From assembly GCA_963674745.2 (NCBI GenBank), contig CAXXDV010000002.1, positions 32,001 to 96,000 of the forward strand: a stretch of 64,000 bases of DNA, written 5' to 3'. The notes under the pieces were generated by a model. The model was given only the letters and a program-made list of their open reading frames with translations, was not told where the DNA came from and did not search any database. This DNA comes from Desulfosudaceae bacterium. Its GTDB lineage: Bacteria; Desulfobacterota; Desulfobacteria; Desulfobacterales; Desulfosudaceae. The position numbers were made by a program, and so were the translations under genes. Below, one piece after another: positions 20,934-32,011 of the stretch (the stretch's first letter is position 1; each line of letters starts with the position of its first letter).

Positions 20934-23699
20934 ATGAGCAATAAAATTAATATTAACGGGAATGAGTTGGAATTTGATCCGGGTGAAACGATTCTTGATG
21001 TCGCCGGAAGAAACCGTATTGATATTCCCACCCTTTGTCACTTGAACGGCACGACGCCGACGGGGAAATGCCGGGTCTGTGTGGTCGAGGTGTCCGGCAG
21101 GGATGAACTGGTCACGGCCTGCTCCACGGCCGCGGAAGATAACATGACGGTAAAAACGGAATCACCGAGGGTGGTCGCCTCCCGGCGCGAGACGATTGCG
21201 GCCATGCTGGCCTCGGGAAATCATAATTGTACCATCAGCGGAACATCGGGAAAAAACTGGACCCAGTTTCAGCTTGGGGTTCACCAGGCGGATGGGGCGG
21301 CCGAGTTGTGCCCTGCCTGGGGGGATTGCCGGCTTCAGGATTTGGCCTACCGATATCAGGTGAAAGGCAACACTCCCGGCCACGACGGTGCTCCCTGGCC
21401 CATGGAGACGGTTAATCCCTTTATTATTCGAGATTTTTCAAGATGCATCGGCTGTGGCCGTTGCGTTAAGGCCTGCCGGGAAGTCCAGGTCAATAATGCC
21501 ATTGAATTCAAGGAAGCCGCGGACGGGGCCATTGAAAAAGTGATTACCAGAGGCGATAAGCCGCTGGCGGATTCCGATTGCGTGTTCTGTGGTGAATGTG
21601 TCCAGGCCTGTCCGGTGGGGGCACTGGTTTTCAAAAGCACCCGTTTTGAGGCCCGGCCCTGGGAAACCCGAAAGGTGAAAACCACCTGTTCCTACTGCGG
21701 TGTGGGTTGCCAGTTGTATCTGCACGTCAAGGACAACACCGTCAGAAAAGTGACCGGAGTTGAAGATAGTGCGCCCAATTACGGCAGCCTGTGCGTTAAA
21801 GGTCGCTTCGGATATGACTTTATCTCCTCTGAAGAACGGCTGATCAAGCCGTTGATCAAAAAAGACGGTAAGTTTGCGGAAGTCGAATGGGATGAGGCCA
21901 TTAAATACGTGGCTGACCGACTGTCGGAAATCAAAGCGCAATCCGGCCCGGACAGCATCGGTGTTTTCACTTCGGCGCGGGTTACCAATGAAGAGAATTT
22001 TCTGGCCCACAAGTTTGCCCGGGCGGTGTTGAAAACAAATAACATAGACCATTGCGCCCGTCTCTGACATTCCTCAACTGTGGCCGGTCTGGCCGCGGCA
22101 TTCGGCAGTGGCGCCATGACAAATCCGATTGCGGATATTGAGCAGGCGGAAGTGATTCTGGCGACGGGTACCAACACCACCGAGAATCATCCGGTTATTT
22201 CAACCTATGTAAAACGGGCTGTGGAAAAGAAAAAGGCCCGGTTGATCGTCGTGGATCCCCGGCGCATCAAGCTGGTGGATTTTGCCGACAAATGGGTTCG
22301 GCCCAATACCGGCTCGGATGTGGCCTGGATCAACGGGTTGATGCATGTCATCATCAAGGAAGATCTTTACGACAAGACGTTTGTCGAGTCCCGGACAGAG
22401 GGCTTTCAGGATCTGAAAAACATGGTGGAAAAATTCACCCCGGAATTTGTGGAAAGCATCACCGGCATTTCGGCCAATGATATTATCGAATTGGCCCGGA
22501 CCTATGCCGCGGCAAAACCGGGCACGATTCTTTATTGCATGGGGATTACCCAGCATACCACCGGAACCGATAACGTCAAGTCCCTGGCCAACCTGGCCAT
22601 GCTGTGCGGTAACCTGGGCGTGGTCGGCGGCGGCGTCAATCCCCTGCGGGGGCAGAACAACGTCCAGGGCGCCTGCGACATGGGCGGTTTGCCCAATGTG
22701 CTCTCCGGGTATCAGCCGGTTACCAATGACGACGCCAGAGCCAAGCTGGAGCAGGCCTGGGGTGTGACGGACCTTCCGGCTAATCCCGGCCTGACGGTGA
22801 CCCAGATGGTTCCCAAGGCCCATGAGGGTGAGATCAAGGCCCTGTATATTATCGGTGAGAACCCCCTGGTTTCGGATCCTGATTTGAATCATGCCCGGGA
22901 CTGCTTTGCTCATCTTGATTTTCTGGTGGTGCAGGACATTTTCCTGACCGAGACAGCACAGATGGCCGACGTGGTCCTGCCGTCCACCTGTTTTGCCGAA
23001 AAGGAAGGAACCTTCTCCAATACCGAACGCCGGGTGCAGCGGGTACGTAAAGCGGTTGAACCACCCGGTGAGGCCCGTGAAGACTGGAAAATTATCGCCG
23101 ATATCGCCACGGCTATGGGCGTTCCCATGTCCTATCGTAATGCCGAAGAAATCATGGCCGAGATCGCCCAATTAACCCCGTCTTACGGCGGTATCAGCTA
23201 TGACCGGATCGAAAAGGCGGGGCTGCACTGGCCCTGTCCCACCGCAGATCATCCCGGTACACCGGTCCTGCACGTCGGTCAGTTCCCCTGTGGGCGTGGA
23301 AATTTTCACGCCATTGATTATCTGCCGCCGGCCGAACAGGTGGACGAAGAATACCCGGTCTGCCTGACAACCGGTCGGATTATCTATCACTATCATACCG
23401 GCACCATGACGCGGAAAAGTGAAGGTTTGAACGAACGGGCGCCCGAAAATTTCGTGGAAATGGCTGCTGAAGATGCCAGGCGGTTCGGCGTCGACGATGG
23501 CAGCCTGATCAATATCGTCTCACGCCGGGGAAAAATTTCCGCCAGGGCGAATGTTTCCGAAAAAGGTGTGGCGGGAACGGTTTTTATACCATTTCATTTT
23601 GCGGAATCAGCAGTTAACCTGCTGACGAACGCGGCTCTGGATCCGATTGCAAAGATACCCGAATACAAGGTTTGTGCTGTCAGGATCGAAAAAGCCTGA
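20934..23699 (+). CDS. fdhF: Selenocysteine-containing formate dehydrogenase alpha subunit (cytoplasmic, NuoG-like N-terminal Fe-S domains), 921 aa
   Basis: ORFs 20934..22067 and 22080..23699 are in frame across TGA 22065-22067 in [18 protein letters not shown]; also [25 protein letters not shown] and KIPEYK. Confidence 0.93.
22079..22097 (+). promoter_or_regulatory. Bacterial SECIS hairpin
   Basis: TGTGGCC-GGTCT-GGCCGCG stem-loop beginning 11 nt after the UGA, with an fdhF-like GGUCU loop. Confidence 0.85.
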
Positions 23700-23831
23700 T
23701 CAGAACCAGACCGGTACGGGCGCTGAAAGGCGGACGGTTTTTACGTTCACGCCGCCGGTGGGTTATATCGGGCATACGCCGGTTGAAGGGTAGTCTTATT
23801 CAAACCCAGTAGTTCTAGGAGGTACTATACG

Positions 23832-24026
23832 ATGCTGGTCCTGACACGTAAGTTGAACGAAAAAGTTCGGGTGGGTGATAATATTGTCGTCACCATTATC
23901 CAGATTGATAAAGGCAGCGTCAAGATAGGCTTTGAAGCGCCTGAAGATGTCGCCATATACAGAGACGAGGTTTACGAAAAGATTCAAAACGAAGATCGCG
24001 GTGCCCGAAGCGGCGCTGATGATTAA
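23832..24026 (+). CDS. csrA: Carbon storage regulator CsrA
   Basis: MLVLTRKLNEKVRVGDNI...VKIGFEAPEDVAIYRDEVYEKIQ; AGGAGG RBS. Confidence 0.95.
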   Translation: MLVLTRKLNEKVRVGDNIVVTIIQIDKGSVKIGFEAPEDVAIYRDEVYEKIQNEDRGARSGADD

Positions 24027-24043
24027 TGCCGGGTGACGTTGCC

Positions 24044-24913
24044 ATGCATTATGAAGGAAATATGATCCGTCCGCCAAGTGAGGCATACAGTATTCTGCTG
24101 CAGGCCACGGTGGGCTGTTCTCATAACAAGTGTACGTTCTGCGGTGCCTATAAGGGCGTTCGTTTCAAAATAAAACCGGATGACATTATTTTTGAAGACA
24201 TCGCCTTTGCGGCCCGGCACTGCCGCCGGCAGAATCGCCTTTTTATCTGTGACGGAGACGCCCTGATTATTCCCCAGAAGCGGCTGCTGGCCATATTAAA
24301 GGAAATCGAGCGCCAGTTACCCTGGGTGGAACGGGTGGGGGTGTATGCCAATACCAAGGGACTGAAAATGAAGTCCGATGAAGAATTGCGCGAGTTGCGG
24401 CAGCACGGGCTCAAAATCGCTTACATGGGCCTGGAAAGTGGTGATGATGAAACCCTGCGCCATGTGAACAAGGGTGCAACGGCGGATACCATGATCGCCA
24501 TGGGCCAAAAAGCGCGGCAGGCCGGAATTAAATTGTCGATAACCGTTCTTCTGGGCCTGGCCGGCCGGGAACGGTCGGAGATCCATGCCGAGAAAACGGG
24601 TCAGGTCCTTTCGGCCATAGACCCCGAATATGTGGGGGCTTTGAGCCTGATGCTGATCCCCGGCACGGCACTTTATGATGAATACGCGGCCGGACATTTT
24701 CCGATTCTGACACCGGAAGAAACCCTGCGTGAACTAAGAACCATGATCGCTCATACCGATCTGTCCGGCGGGCTGTTCCATGCCAACCATGCTTCTAATT
24801 ATCTGCCCATCAAAGCCCGGCTGCCGGAAGAAAAAACAGCCACCTTAAGGCTCATCAACAGAGCCCTGGACGGGCAGATCCAACTTAAACCGGAACATTT
24901 AAGAGCTTTGTAA
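24044..24913 (+). CDS. Radical SAM protein
   Basis: IRPPSEA, CSHNKCTFC, YMGLESGDD, HANHASNYL; start at 24044 or 24026. Confidence 0.88.
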   Translation: MHYEGNMIRPPSEAYSILLQATVGCSHNKCTFCGAYKGVRFKIKPDDIIFEDIAFAARHCRRQNRLFICDGDALIIPQKRLLAILKEIERQLPWVERVGVYANTKGLKMKSDEELRELRQHGLKIAYMGLESGDDETLRHVNKGATADTMIAMGQKARQAGIKLSITVLLGLAGRERSEIHAEKTGQVLSAIDPEYVGALSLMLIPGTALYDEYAAGHFPILTPEETLRELRTMIAHTDLSGGLFHANHASNYLPIKARLPEEKTATLRLINRALDGQIQLKPEHLRAL

Positions 24914-24948
24914 CCTTTTAACCCCAAGGCACTTTCAGGAGGAAACAT

Positions 24949-26967
24949 ATGGGTGCTGCTGTTTCTAATAACCGTTCGACATTAGACGATTTGTGCATCA
25001 ACACGATCCGTTGCCTGGCCATTGACGCCATTCAGAAAGCCAATTCCGGTCATCCCGGGGCACCCATGGGGCTGGCCGCCGCCGGTTATGTCCTCTGGAC
25101 CCGGGTGTTGAAACATCATCCCGGCAGCCCGGACTGGGCCGACCGCGACCGTTTCGTCCTTTCCGGCGGTCACGCCTCCATGCTTCTTTACAGCCTGCTG
25201 CACCTGACCGGTTATCCGCTTTCCCTTGAGGACATTAAACAGTTCCGGCAGCTGGGCAGCAAAACACCCGGCCATCCGGAATACGGTCATACCCCGGGTG
25301 TGGAGACCACCACCGGCCCCCTGGGGCAGGGTTTTGCCAATGCCGTGGGCATGGCCATGGCCGAACAGCACCTGGCCCAGACGTTCAATCGCGATCAATT
25401 CGATATCATCAATCATTTTACCTATGTCATGTGCGGTGATGGTGACCTGATGGAAGGGCTCAGCTACGAGGCCGCCTCTCTGGCCGGTCACCTGGGTTTA
25501 GGCAAGCTGATCTGCCTCTATGACGACAATGAAATTTCTATTGAAGGCAGTACGGACATCACCTTTACCGAAGACGTGGCCGCCCGATTCAAGGCCTGTG
25601 GATGGCAGGTGCTACCTGTTGATGACGGTAACAATACCGAAGAAATTTATCGGGCTTTGAGGACGGCGCAGAACGAAACCGCCAAGCCCTCGCTGATTAT
25701 TTTAAAAACCCATATCGCTTTCGGCAGCCCCAACAAACAGGATACGGCCGATGCCCATGGTGCGCCCCTGGGCGAAGAAGAGGTCGCTTTAACCAAACAG
25801 AAACTGGGGTTTCCGGCGGAAAAATCTTTTTATATACCCGACGAAGCCCTGGCGGAATTCAGAAAATGCCTGGATTCGGGAGCGGCCGATGAAAAGGCCT
25901 GGCTGGAAAAATACAGGGCTTATGCCGATGCCCATCCGGACCTGGCCGACCAATGGGTCAGTGCCGTGACCAATTTTCTGCCGGCCGAGTGGGACAATGA
26001 TCTGCCGGAATTTACGCCTGAAGACGGGCCCATCGCCACCCGGGCGGCTTCCGGCAAGGTGTTGAACAAAGCGGCCGAGATTATTCCCACCCTGATCGGC
26101 GGCTCAGCCGACCTGGCACCGTCCAACAAAACGTTTCTGCAGTGCTGTGGTGAGTTCCAGAAAGGATGCTGTACAGAACGCAATATTCGTTTCGGTGTCC
26201 GGGAACATGCCATGGCGTCCGTCATGTCCGGCATGTATCTTCACGGCGGGCTGAGGCCTTATGGCGGGACCTTTCTGGTTTTTGCCGATTACATGCGCCC
26301 GGCCATACGCGTGGCCAGCCTCATGAAACTGTCCCTGATTTACGTTTTCACCCATGACAGCGTGGCCGTGGGTGAGGACGGTCCCACCCATCAACCCGTT
26401 GAGCACCTGGCCTCTCTGAGGAGCATGCCCGGGCTGACGGTCATCCGGCCGGCCGATGCCAATGAAACGGCAGACGCCTGGCGCCAGGCGATCCGGGCCA
26501 CTTCCGGCCCCGTGGCCCTGGTTTTAAGCCGCCAGAAACTGCCGGTACTCGATCCCGAACGGACAAAAGACAAACTGGCCACCGGGGCATATATACTGGA
26601 CGATTGTGACGGCAAACCGGATATTATCCTGATCGCTACCGGCGCCGAGGTCCACGTGACCCTGGAAGCGAAAAAGCTGCTAACCGATAAAGGCATCGCC
26701 GTCCGGGTGGTCAGCATGCCGAGCTGGGAGTTGTTTGACGGGAACCACAGCGATTACAGAAAGATGGTTCTCATTCCCGGTGTCCCCTGCCTGTCGGTTG
26801 AAGCCGGTTCACCTTTTGGATGGGAGCGGTATACCGGCAGCAGTGAAGCCATTGTGGGAATCGATCGTTTCGGCACCTCGGCACCGGGCGGAACGGTTTT
26901 AAAGGAACTCGGGTTTACAGCGGAGAATATTGCCGAAAAAGCGACAGCGTTACTGGACGGCGAATAA
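24949..26967 (+). CDS. tkt: Transketolase
   Basis: [40 protein letters not shown]. Confidence 0.97.
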   Translation: MGAAVSNNRSTLDDLCINTIRCLAIDAIQKANSGHPGAPMGLAAAGYVLWTRVLKHHPGSPDWADRDRFVLSGGHASMLLYSLLHLTGYPLSLEDIKQFRQLGSKTPGHPEYGHTPGVETTTGPLGQGFANAVGMAMAEQHLAQTFNRDQFDIINHFTYVMCGDGDLMEGLSYEAASLAGHLGLGKLICLYDDNEISIEGSTDITFTEDVAARFKACGWQVLPVDDGNNTEEIYRALRTAQNETAKPSLIILKTHIAFGSPNKQDTADAHGAPLGEEEVALTKQKLGFPAEKSFYIPDEALAEFRKCLDSGAADEKAWLEKYRAYADAHPDLADQWVSAVTNFLPAEWDNDLPEFTPEDGPIATRAASGKVLNKAAEIIPTLIGGSADLAPSNKTFLQCCGEFQKGCCTERNIRFGVREHAMASVMSGMYLHGGLRPYGGTFLVFADYMRPAIRVASLMKLSLIYVFTHDSVAVGEDGPTHQPVEHLASLRSMPGLTVIRPADANETADAWRQAIRATSGPVALVLSRQKLPVLDPERTKDKLATGAYILDDCDGKPDIILIATGAEVHVTLEAKKLLTDKGIAVRVVSMPSWELFDGNHSDYRKMVLIPGVPCLSVEAGSPFGWERYTGSSEAIVGIDRFGTSAPGGTVLKELGFTAENIAEKATALLDGE

Positions 26968-26973
26968 GGGGAA

Positions 26974-27909
26974 ATGACGGCAAATATTGTAGGCAACAGC
27001 AGTGAACTGCTGAATGTGCTGAAAAAAGCCGAAGCCTTCGCGCCTGTGCCACGACCACTTCTTATTCGTGGGGAGCGGGGGACCGGCAAGGAAATGCTTG
27101 CCCGGTTTATCCACAGTAAAAGCACCTATGCCGATGGTCCTTTTATTGCCGTGAACTGCGCGGTCTTTAATGATGAACTTCTATCCAGCGAATTGTTCGG
27201 TCATGAAAAAGGCGCTTTTACCGGTTCCGTAGCCCGCCATCGGGGATGTTTGGAGAATGCCTTTGGCGGCACCCTGTTTTTCGATGAAGTGGGCAATATG
27301 TCGCCCCGCTTCCAGGAAAGCCTGTTGCGGGTTTTTGAAACCAGGCAGTTCCGGCGCTTGGGTGGCCGGGAAACAATTAGTGTTGATGTCCGATTTGTTT
27401 TTGCCACCAACGCGGATCTTGAGGCCATGATGGCCCAGGGCGAATTCCGCAATGATTTTTATGATCGCATCGCTTTTGAAACCCTCACACTCCCGCCGTT
27501 GCGTCAACGCCGGCAAGATATCCCCTTACTAATCAGGCATTTTACTCTTATGCTGGCCGGTGAAATTCCCAATTTTGAACCCAAACAGTTTTCCGGTCAG
27601 GCAGTCCGCCGCATGGTTGATTATTATTGGCCGGGCAATATCCGGGAACTCAAAAACGTGGTGGAGAGGCTTCAACTCCAGCCGGGTGATGAGATCGTTC
27701 AGATGTCCGATCTGCCCCTGGAAATTACTGCCGCCGCACCGGCCGGCAATACGTTTAATGAAAAGGTGGAGGCGTTCAAGAAACACCTTATTTTAAGCGC
27801 CTGGCTGGACTCCGGTAAGAATCAGAAAAAGGCCGCTGACAGACTTGGTATAAGTTATGATCAGTTTCGCCATTATTACAGGAAGTATGGACTGAACGAT
27901 ATGTTTTGA
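26974..27909 (+). CDS. pspF: PspF-like sigma54 activator without a receiver domain
   Basis: GERGTGKE, ELFGHEKGAFTG, WPGNIRELKNVVER, NQKKAADRLGISYDQFR; adjacent to pspA. Confidence 0.88.
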   Translation: MTANIVGNSSELLNVLKKAEAFAPVPRPLLIRGERGTGKEMLARFIHSKSTYADGPFIAVNCAVFNDELLSSELFGHEKGAFTGSVARHRGCLENAFGGTLFFDEVGNMSPRFQESLLRVFETRQFRRLGGRETISVDVRFVFATNADLEAMMAQGEFRNDFYDRIAFETLTLPPLRQRRQDIPLLIRHFTLMLAGEIPNFEPKQFSGQAVRRMVDYYWPGNIRELKNVVERLQLQPGDEIVQMSDLPLEITAAAPAGNTFNEKVEAFKKHLILSAWLDSGKNQKKAADRLGISYDQFRHYYRKYGLNDMF

Positions 27910-27922
27910 ACTAGATCTGTTC

Positions 27923-27957
27923 TGGTGTTTTTCACCTTTTTTTGGTGGAAAACACCA
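27923..27957 (+). promoter_or_regulatory. Tandem GGTG-N5-CACC palindromes, putative PspF enhancer (UAS)
   Basis: TGGTGTTTTTCACC-T7-GGTGGAAAACACCA, about 90-120 nt upstream of the sigma54 site. Confidence 0.6.
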
Positions 27958-28044
27958 TTGGAATTTGATATTGTTTAAATGTTTTCTGTGGTGGGCGGGC
28001 TTGAAAGCCTTTTTTTTCAGCCAGTTAAGCATCCCCTCTTTTTT

Positions 28045-28059
28045 TGGCACAGGATTTGA
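28045..28059 (+). promoter_or_regulatory. sigma54 promoter of pspA (variant -12)
   Basis: TGGCACAGGATTTGA: perfect -24 element, GA in place of GC at -12. Confidence 0.65.
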
Positions 28060-28111
28060 ATTGTTATCGTTAAACAATGACCAAACCAGAAGCAAAAAAG
28101 GGGGCATCATT

Positions 28112-28816
28112 ATGGCGATTATATCCAGAATTAAACGAATCATTTCGGCAAACATCAACAGCCTTATTGAAAAGGCTGAGAATCCCGAATCATTGCTCAA
28201 GGAACTCATTCGGGAAATGGATGAAAATATCATCAAGTTGCGAAACGAGATCATTAAAGCCATCGCAGCGGAAAAACGACTTGCCCGTCAGGTAGATACT
28301 ACTCGTAAAAACATTAATACCTGGAAGGAAAACAGTGAAAAAGCGGTGCGGGACGAAAACGACGATCTGGCCAGAAAAGCCATTGCTCGCAAGATTCAGG
28401 AAGAAAACAAGCTTCCCGAACTGGTGGAACAGCTTAATCGGGCCGTTCAGTCCGGCGGAACATTAAAAGAGCAGCTTCGTCTGCTTGAGGACAAGGTCCA
28501 GGACGCCCGTCGCCGTCAAGAAATACTGGTCGCCCGCAAGCGAAGCGCCCAGGCCCATCAGTCCATGCTGAACGCGACCAGGAATTTCGCCGACGCCGCC
28601 AGAAAGAGTGACGCCCTGTTGGCGGAGGCCCAGCTTATGACGCCTGGTACGGTCGCGTCTCTGGAAGACGAAGTGTTGCGTATGGAGACCGAAGCCGAGG
28701 CCATGCAGGAAGTATTAATTCGGGAACCGTCGCTGGAAGAGGTGTTTGAGAAAACCTGCCGCGATGATGCCATAGAACATCAGCTTCGGGAATTAAAGAA
28801 AAAATTGAATAGCTGA
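28112..28816 (+). CDS. pspA: PspA/IM30 family protein
   Basis: MAIISRIKRIISANINSLIEKAENPE..., coiled coil, DDLARKAI; ATG 28112 follows an AGGGGG RBS. Confidence 0.92.
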   Translation: MAIISRIKRIISANINSLIEKAENPESLLKELIREMDENIIKLRNEIIKAIAAEKRLARQVDTTRKNINTWKENSEKAVRDENDDLARKAIARKIQEENKLPELVEQLNRAVQSGGTLKEQLRLLEDKVQDARRRQEILVARKRSAQAHQSMLNATRNFADAARKSDALLAEAQLMTPGTVASLEDEVLRMETEAEAMQEVLIREPSLEEVFEKTCRDDAIEHQLRELKKKLNS

Positions 28817-28861
28817 AGGTTCGGACCGGAATGGAATTGATAAATTACAGGAGCGAAATTT

Positions 28862-29437
28862 ATGGAAGCCTACTACAGCAGTCTGAGTGCCGTGCAGAAA
28901 GTCTTTCTCTTTTGCGCTCTGCTGGGAGGAGTCGTCTTTATTCTCCGGATGATCATGATGATGGCCGGGTTCGGGGATCATGATATACATGACGGTCATG
29001 TCGACTTTTCTGATTCGCATGGGGATGCCGATGCCAGTTTTAAGCTTTTTTCTCTGCACGGCCTGACAGGGTTTTTTATGATGTTCGGCCTGGTGGGGCT
29101 GGGGTTGTCAAGGCAGTTCTGGGTACCTGATATCGTTGCCGGCGGGGTGGGGGTGATCGCCGGCCTGTCAACGGTATGGATTTTAGGTAAATTGTCCACA
29201 GGGATGATCAAACTCCAGTCGGACGGCACGTTGCGGCTGAGTGACGCCATTGGCTCCCAGGGCAAAGTCTACCTGACGATACCCGAAGGCGGCACCGGTC
29301 AGGTCCAGGTGGCGTTTCAGGGACGCACCATGATTTATGATGGCGTTGCCGCCAACAAGGAATCCATCAAAACCGGCCAACCGATCGTGGTTATTGACAT
29401 TACCGGCGGCAATACATTGGTTGTGGAAAAGGCATGA
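28862..29437 (+). CDS. NfeD-like membrane protein (flotillin partner)
   Basis: 3 TM helices, His-rich loop, C-terminal OB-like GKVYLTIPEGGTGQVQV. Confidence 0.8.
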   Translation: MEAYYSSLSAVQKVFLFCALLGGVVFILRMIMMMAGFGDHDIHDGHVDFSDSHGDADASFKLFSLHGLTGFFMMFGLVGLGLSRQFWVPDIVAGGVGVIAGLSTVWILGKLSTGMIKLQSDGTLRLSDAIGSQGKVYLTIPEGGTGQVQVAFQGRTMIYDGVAANKESIKTGQPIVVIDITGGNTLVVEKA

Positions 29438-29479
29438 GCAGGTAGCCTTTATTCAATATCTTAAGGGGAGGTAAAGATT

Positions 29480-31090
29480 ATGGAATATTTTGTGCTGGCC
29501 ATTGGGGCGTTTGTCTTTATTTTCATTGCGACCGTTTTAATCCTGTCATCACGTTATAAACGATGCCCGTCCGATCAGATACTGGTTATATACGGAAAAG
29601 TGGCACAGGGCCGGTCCAGCCGGTGTTTGCACGGCGGGGGCGTGTTTGTGATTCCGCTGATTCAGGATTATGCCTATTTGAGCCTTACGCCGATCACCAT
29701 TAATATCCCGCTGCAGAACGCTTTATCGTTTCAAAACATTCGCATCAACGTTCCCAGTACATTTACCGTCGGCATCAGCACGGATCCCAATATCATGACC
29801 AATGCCGCCGAAAGGCTGCTGGGTATTCCATCCAAAGAAATCGAGGATATGGCCAAGGAAATTATTTTCGGCCAGTTGCGTCTCACCGTGGCATCCCTCA
29901 CCATCGAGCAGATCAACCAGGACCGTGAGAGCTTTCTGGAATCCATCCGAAAGAACGTTGAGCCGGAACTAAACAAGATCGGGCTTTACCTCATTAACGT
30001 CAATATTACAGACATCACCGATGAGTCTGATTACATCGAAAGTATCGGTAAAAAGGCCGCGTCCGAAGCGTTAAACAAAGCCAAGGTGGATGTGGCCGAA
30101 CAGGTCAAGTTAGGCGCCATTGGTGAAGCTGAGGCCAATCGGGTCAAGGAGATCCGGGTAGCGGAGAATGTAGCGGAATCGGAAAAAGGGAAAAAGAAAG
30201 CCGAGGCCGACCAGCGGATTTTTGTGCATGGGCAGGAAGCCGAGGCGGTTGCCGGTGAAAACCGGGCTAAAGCCGAAATCGCCAATGCTGAAGCCACCCT
30301 GGAGATCAGGGAGGCTGAAGCCGTAGCGGAATCGGTTAAAGGGAAAAAGAAAGCTCAGGCCGAGCAGCGGATATTTGTCCAGGAGCAGGAAGCTTCGGCG
30401 GTTGACGGTGAGAACCGGGCCAAGGCCAATATTGCCGATTATGAAGCGGAACTGGCCGTTAAACAGGCATCCGCCCAACAACGGGGTGAGGTCGCCAAAC
30501 GCAAAGCCCAGGTTGAAATTCAGAAGGCCCAGTATCTCGCCGAGCTGGAGCGTTTGAACGCTGAAGAGATTGTTATCAAGGAAATTGAAAAACGCAAGAT
30601 TGAAATCGCCGCCGATGCCGAAGCCGAACGCATCCGTCGTGAAGCCAAGGGTGAGGCCGATGGCGTACTGTTGAAATATGAAGCCGAAGCCGCAGGCATT
30701 CAGAAATTGTTGGATGGTAAAGCCTCCGGTTATCAGTCCTTGGTCACCAGTTGCGGCGGGGATGCCAAGGCTGCCGGCACCCTGCTGATGATTGAAAAGA
30801 TTGAAGAAATCGTCAAACACCAGGTGGACGCTATCAGGAACCTGAAGATTGATAAAATTACGGTATGGGACTCTGCCTCCGGTGATGGCCGGGGATCTTC
30901 CACAGCCAATTTCGCTTCCAGCCTTATCAAGAGCGTGCCGCCCCTGCAGGAAATTGCCGCCATGGCAGGCGTGGAGCTGCCATCATATCTGGGCAAGATG
31001 ATTGATAGCAAGGAGCCTATGGAACTTGTGGACGAAGTAAAGAAATCGGCGGCCGCCAAACCCGCTCCCAAGACAAAGGATGCGGAATAG
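29480..31090 (+). CDS. SPFH/flotillin family protein
   Basis: N-terminal TM, RYKRCPSDQILVIYG, NAAERLL, GQLRL, INVNITDITD, AEA-rich coiled coil, KIDKITVWD. Confidence 0.92.
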   Translation: MEYFVLAIGAFVFIFIATVLILSSRYKRCPSDQILVIYGKVAQGRSSRCLHGGGVFVIPLIQDYAYLSLTPITINIPLQNALSFQNIRINVPSTFTVGISTDPNIMTNAAERLLGIPSKEIEDMAKEIIFGQLRLTVASLTIEQINQDRESFLESIRKNVEPELNKIGLYLINVNITDITDESDYIESIGKKAASEALNKAKVDVAEQVKLGAIGEAEANRVKEIRVAENVAESEKGKKKAEADQRIFVHGQEAEAVAGENRAKAEIANAEATLEIREAEAVAESVKGKKKAQAEQRIFVQEQEASAVDGENRAKANIADYEAELAVKQASAQQRGEVAKRKAQVEIQKAQYLAELERLNAEEIVIKEIEKRKIEIAADAEAERIRREAKGEADGVLLKYEAEAAGIQKLLDGKASGYQSLVTSCGGDAKAAGTLLMIEKIEEIVKHQVDAIRNLKIDKITVWDSASGDGRGSSTANFASSLIKSVPPLQEIAAMAGVELPSYLGKMIDSKEPMELVDEVKKSAAAKPAPKTKDAE

Positions 31091-31137
31091 GGGGGGAGTT
31101 GTTAGATTACGGTGGCAAAAAATATTTTTAATTATAG

Positions 31138-31196
31138 CGGGGCGCGTTACGTCATGTCCGTTTGAAAGGATGACGTGATCGGGCCCCGGCTTTTTT
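31138..31196 (+). terminator. Probable intrinsic terminator between convergent operons
   Basis: GGGGCGCG-TTACGTCAT...ATGACGTGA-TCGGGCCCC long stem followed by a T tract. Confidence 0.55.
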
Positions 31197-31213
31197 GAAA
31201 CAGTTTTCTGTCG

Positions 31214-31999
31214 CTAGAGTTTACGTTTTGCTAACGTGTTGACCTGGGTGGCATCCATGGACAGGGTGTCATCGTCATCTGATGCCGTCGTTTTTCCGTT
31301 GGTTGAGATCAGAATGATCGAGATGTTGTCCTTGCCTTCATGATCTTTGGCGGCCTGAATCAATTCGGTGACACAATCCTTGTCCGGCAGGTCGCGTTCC
31401 ATGATGGCGGCGATTTCCTCGTCTTCCAGTTCACCGGTCAGACCGTCCGAACAAAGCAAAATCTTCTGGCCGTTGGACAAACTTCCGGAAACTGTTCCCA
31501 CCTTCATGTCCGGCAGGGTCTCCGCGCCCAGCGCCTGTGTCAGAATGTTGCGCTTGGGGTGGGAACGGGCTTGTGTTTCAGTCAATACGCCCGTATCCAT
31601 CATTCTTTGTACAAAGGAGTGATCCCTGGTGAGCCTTTTCAGGCTTCCGTCCCATAGATAGGCCCGGCTGTCGCCCACCCAGGCTACCTGATAATTTCTG
31701 TCGAATATTTGCACCGCCACGGCCGTGGCGCCCATACCCGGCCGGCCGATACCGTTTTGAACCGCCTTGAGTACATTAAGATGGGCGGTATTTAAGGCCT
31801 CATCCAGGGGCATGCCCCTGGCCACATCCTGACGCACGGAACGGACAACAATGGCGCTGGCCACTTCCCCGCCTTCGTGCCCGCCCATGCCGTCGGCGAT
31901 GATAAACAATCCTTTTTCAGGATCCGCACTGTAACAGTCTTCATTATGGTCGCGAACACGGCCGGTGTCGGTCGCGTGGGCGCAGCTTACTTGATTCAA
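31214..31999 (-). CDS. PP2C-family Ser/Thr phosphatase (Stp1/PppA-like)
   Basis: TDTGRVRDHNED, IADGMGGH, VGDSRAY, LCSDGL, GKDNIS. Confidence 0.93.
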   Translation of the reverse strand: MNQVSCAHATDTGRVRDHNEDCYSADPEKGLFIIADGMGGHEGGEVASAIVVRSVRQDVARGMPLDEALNTAHLNVLKAVQNGIGRPGMGATAVAVQIFDRNYQVAWVGDSRAYLWDGSLKRLTRDHSFVQRMMDTGVLTETQARSHPKRNILTQALGAETLPDMKVGTVSGSLSNGQKILLCSDGLTGELEDEEIAAIMERDLPDKDCVTELIQAAKDHEGKDNISIILISTNGKTTASDDDDTLSMDATQVNTLAKRKL

Positions 32000-32011
32000 T
32001 ACTTACTCCTT

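Noticed and set aside
20934..23699. Formate dehydrogenase as two genes or a pseudogene
   Set aside because: The in-frame UGA is at the catalytic Sec position and is followed by a SECIS
27965..28111. N-terminal extension of PspA from TTG 27965
   Set aside because: It overlaps the sigma54 promoter; the family N-terminus and RBS fit ATG 28112
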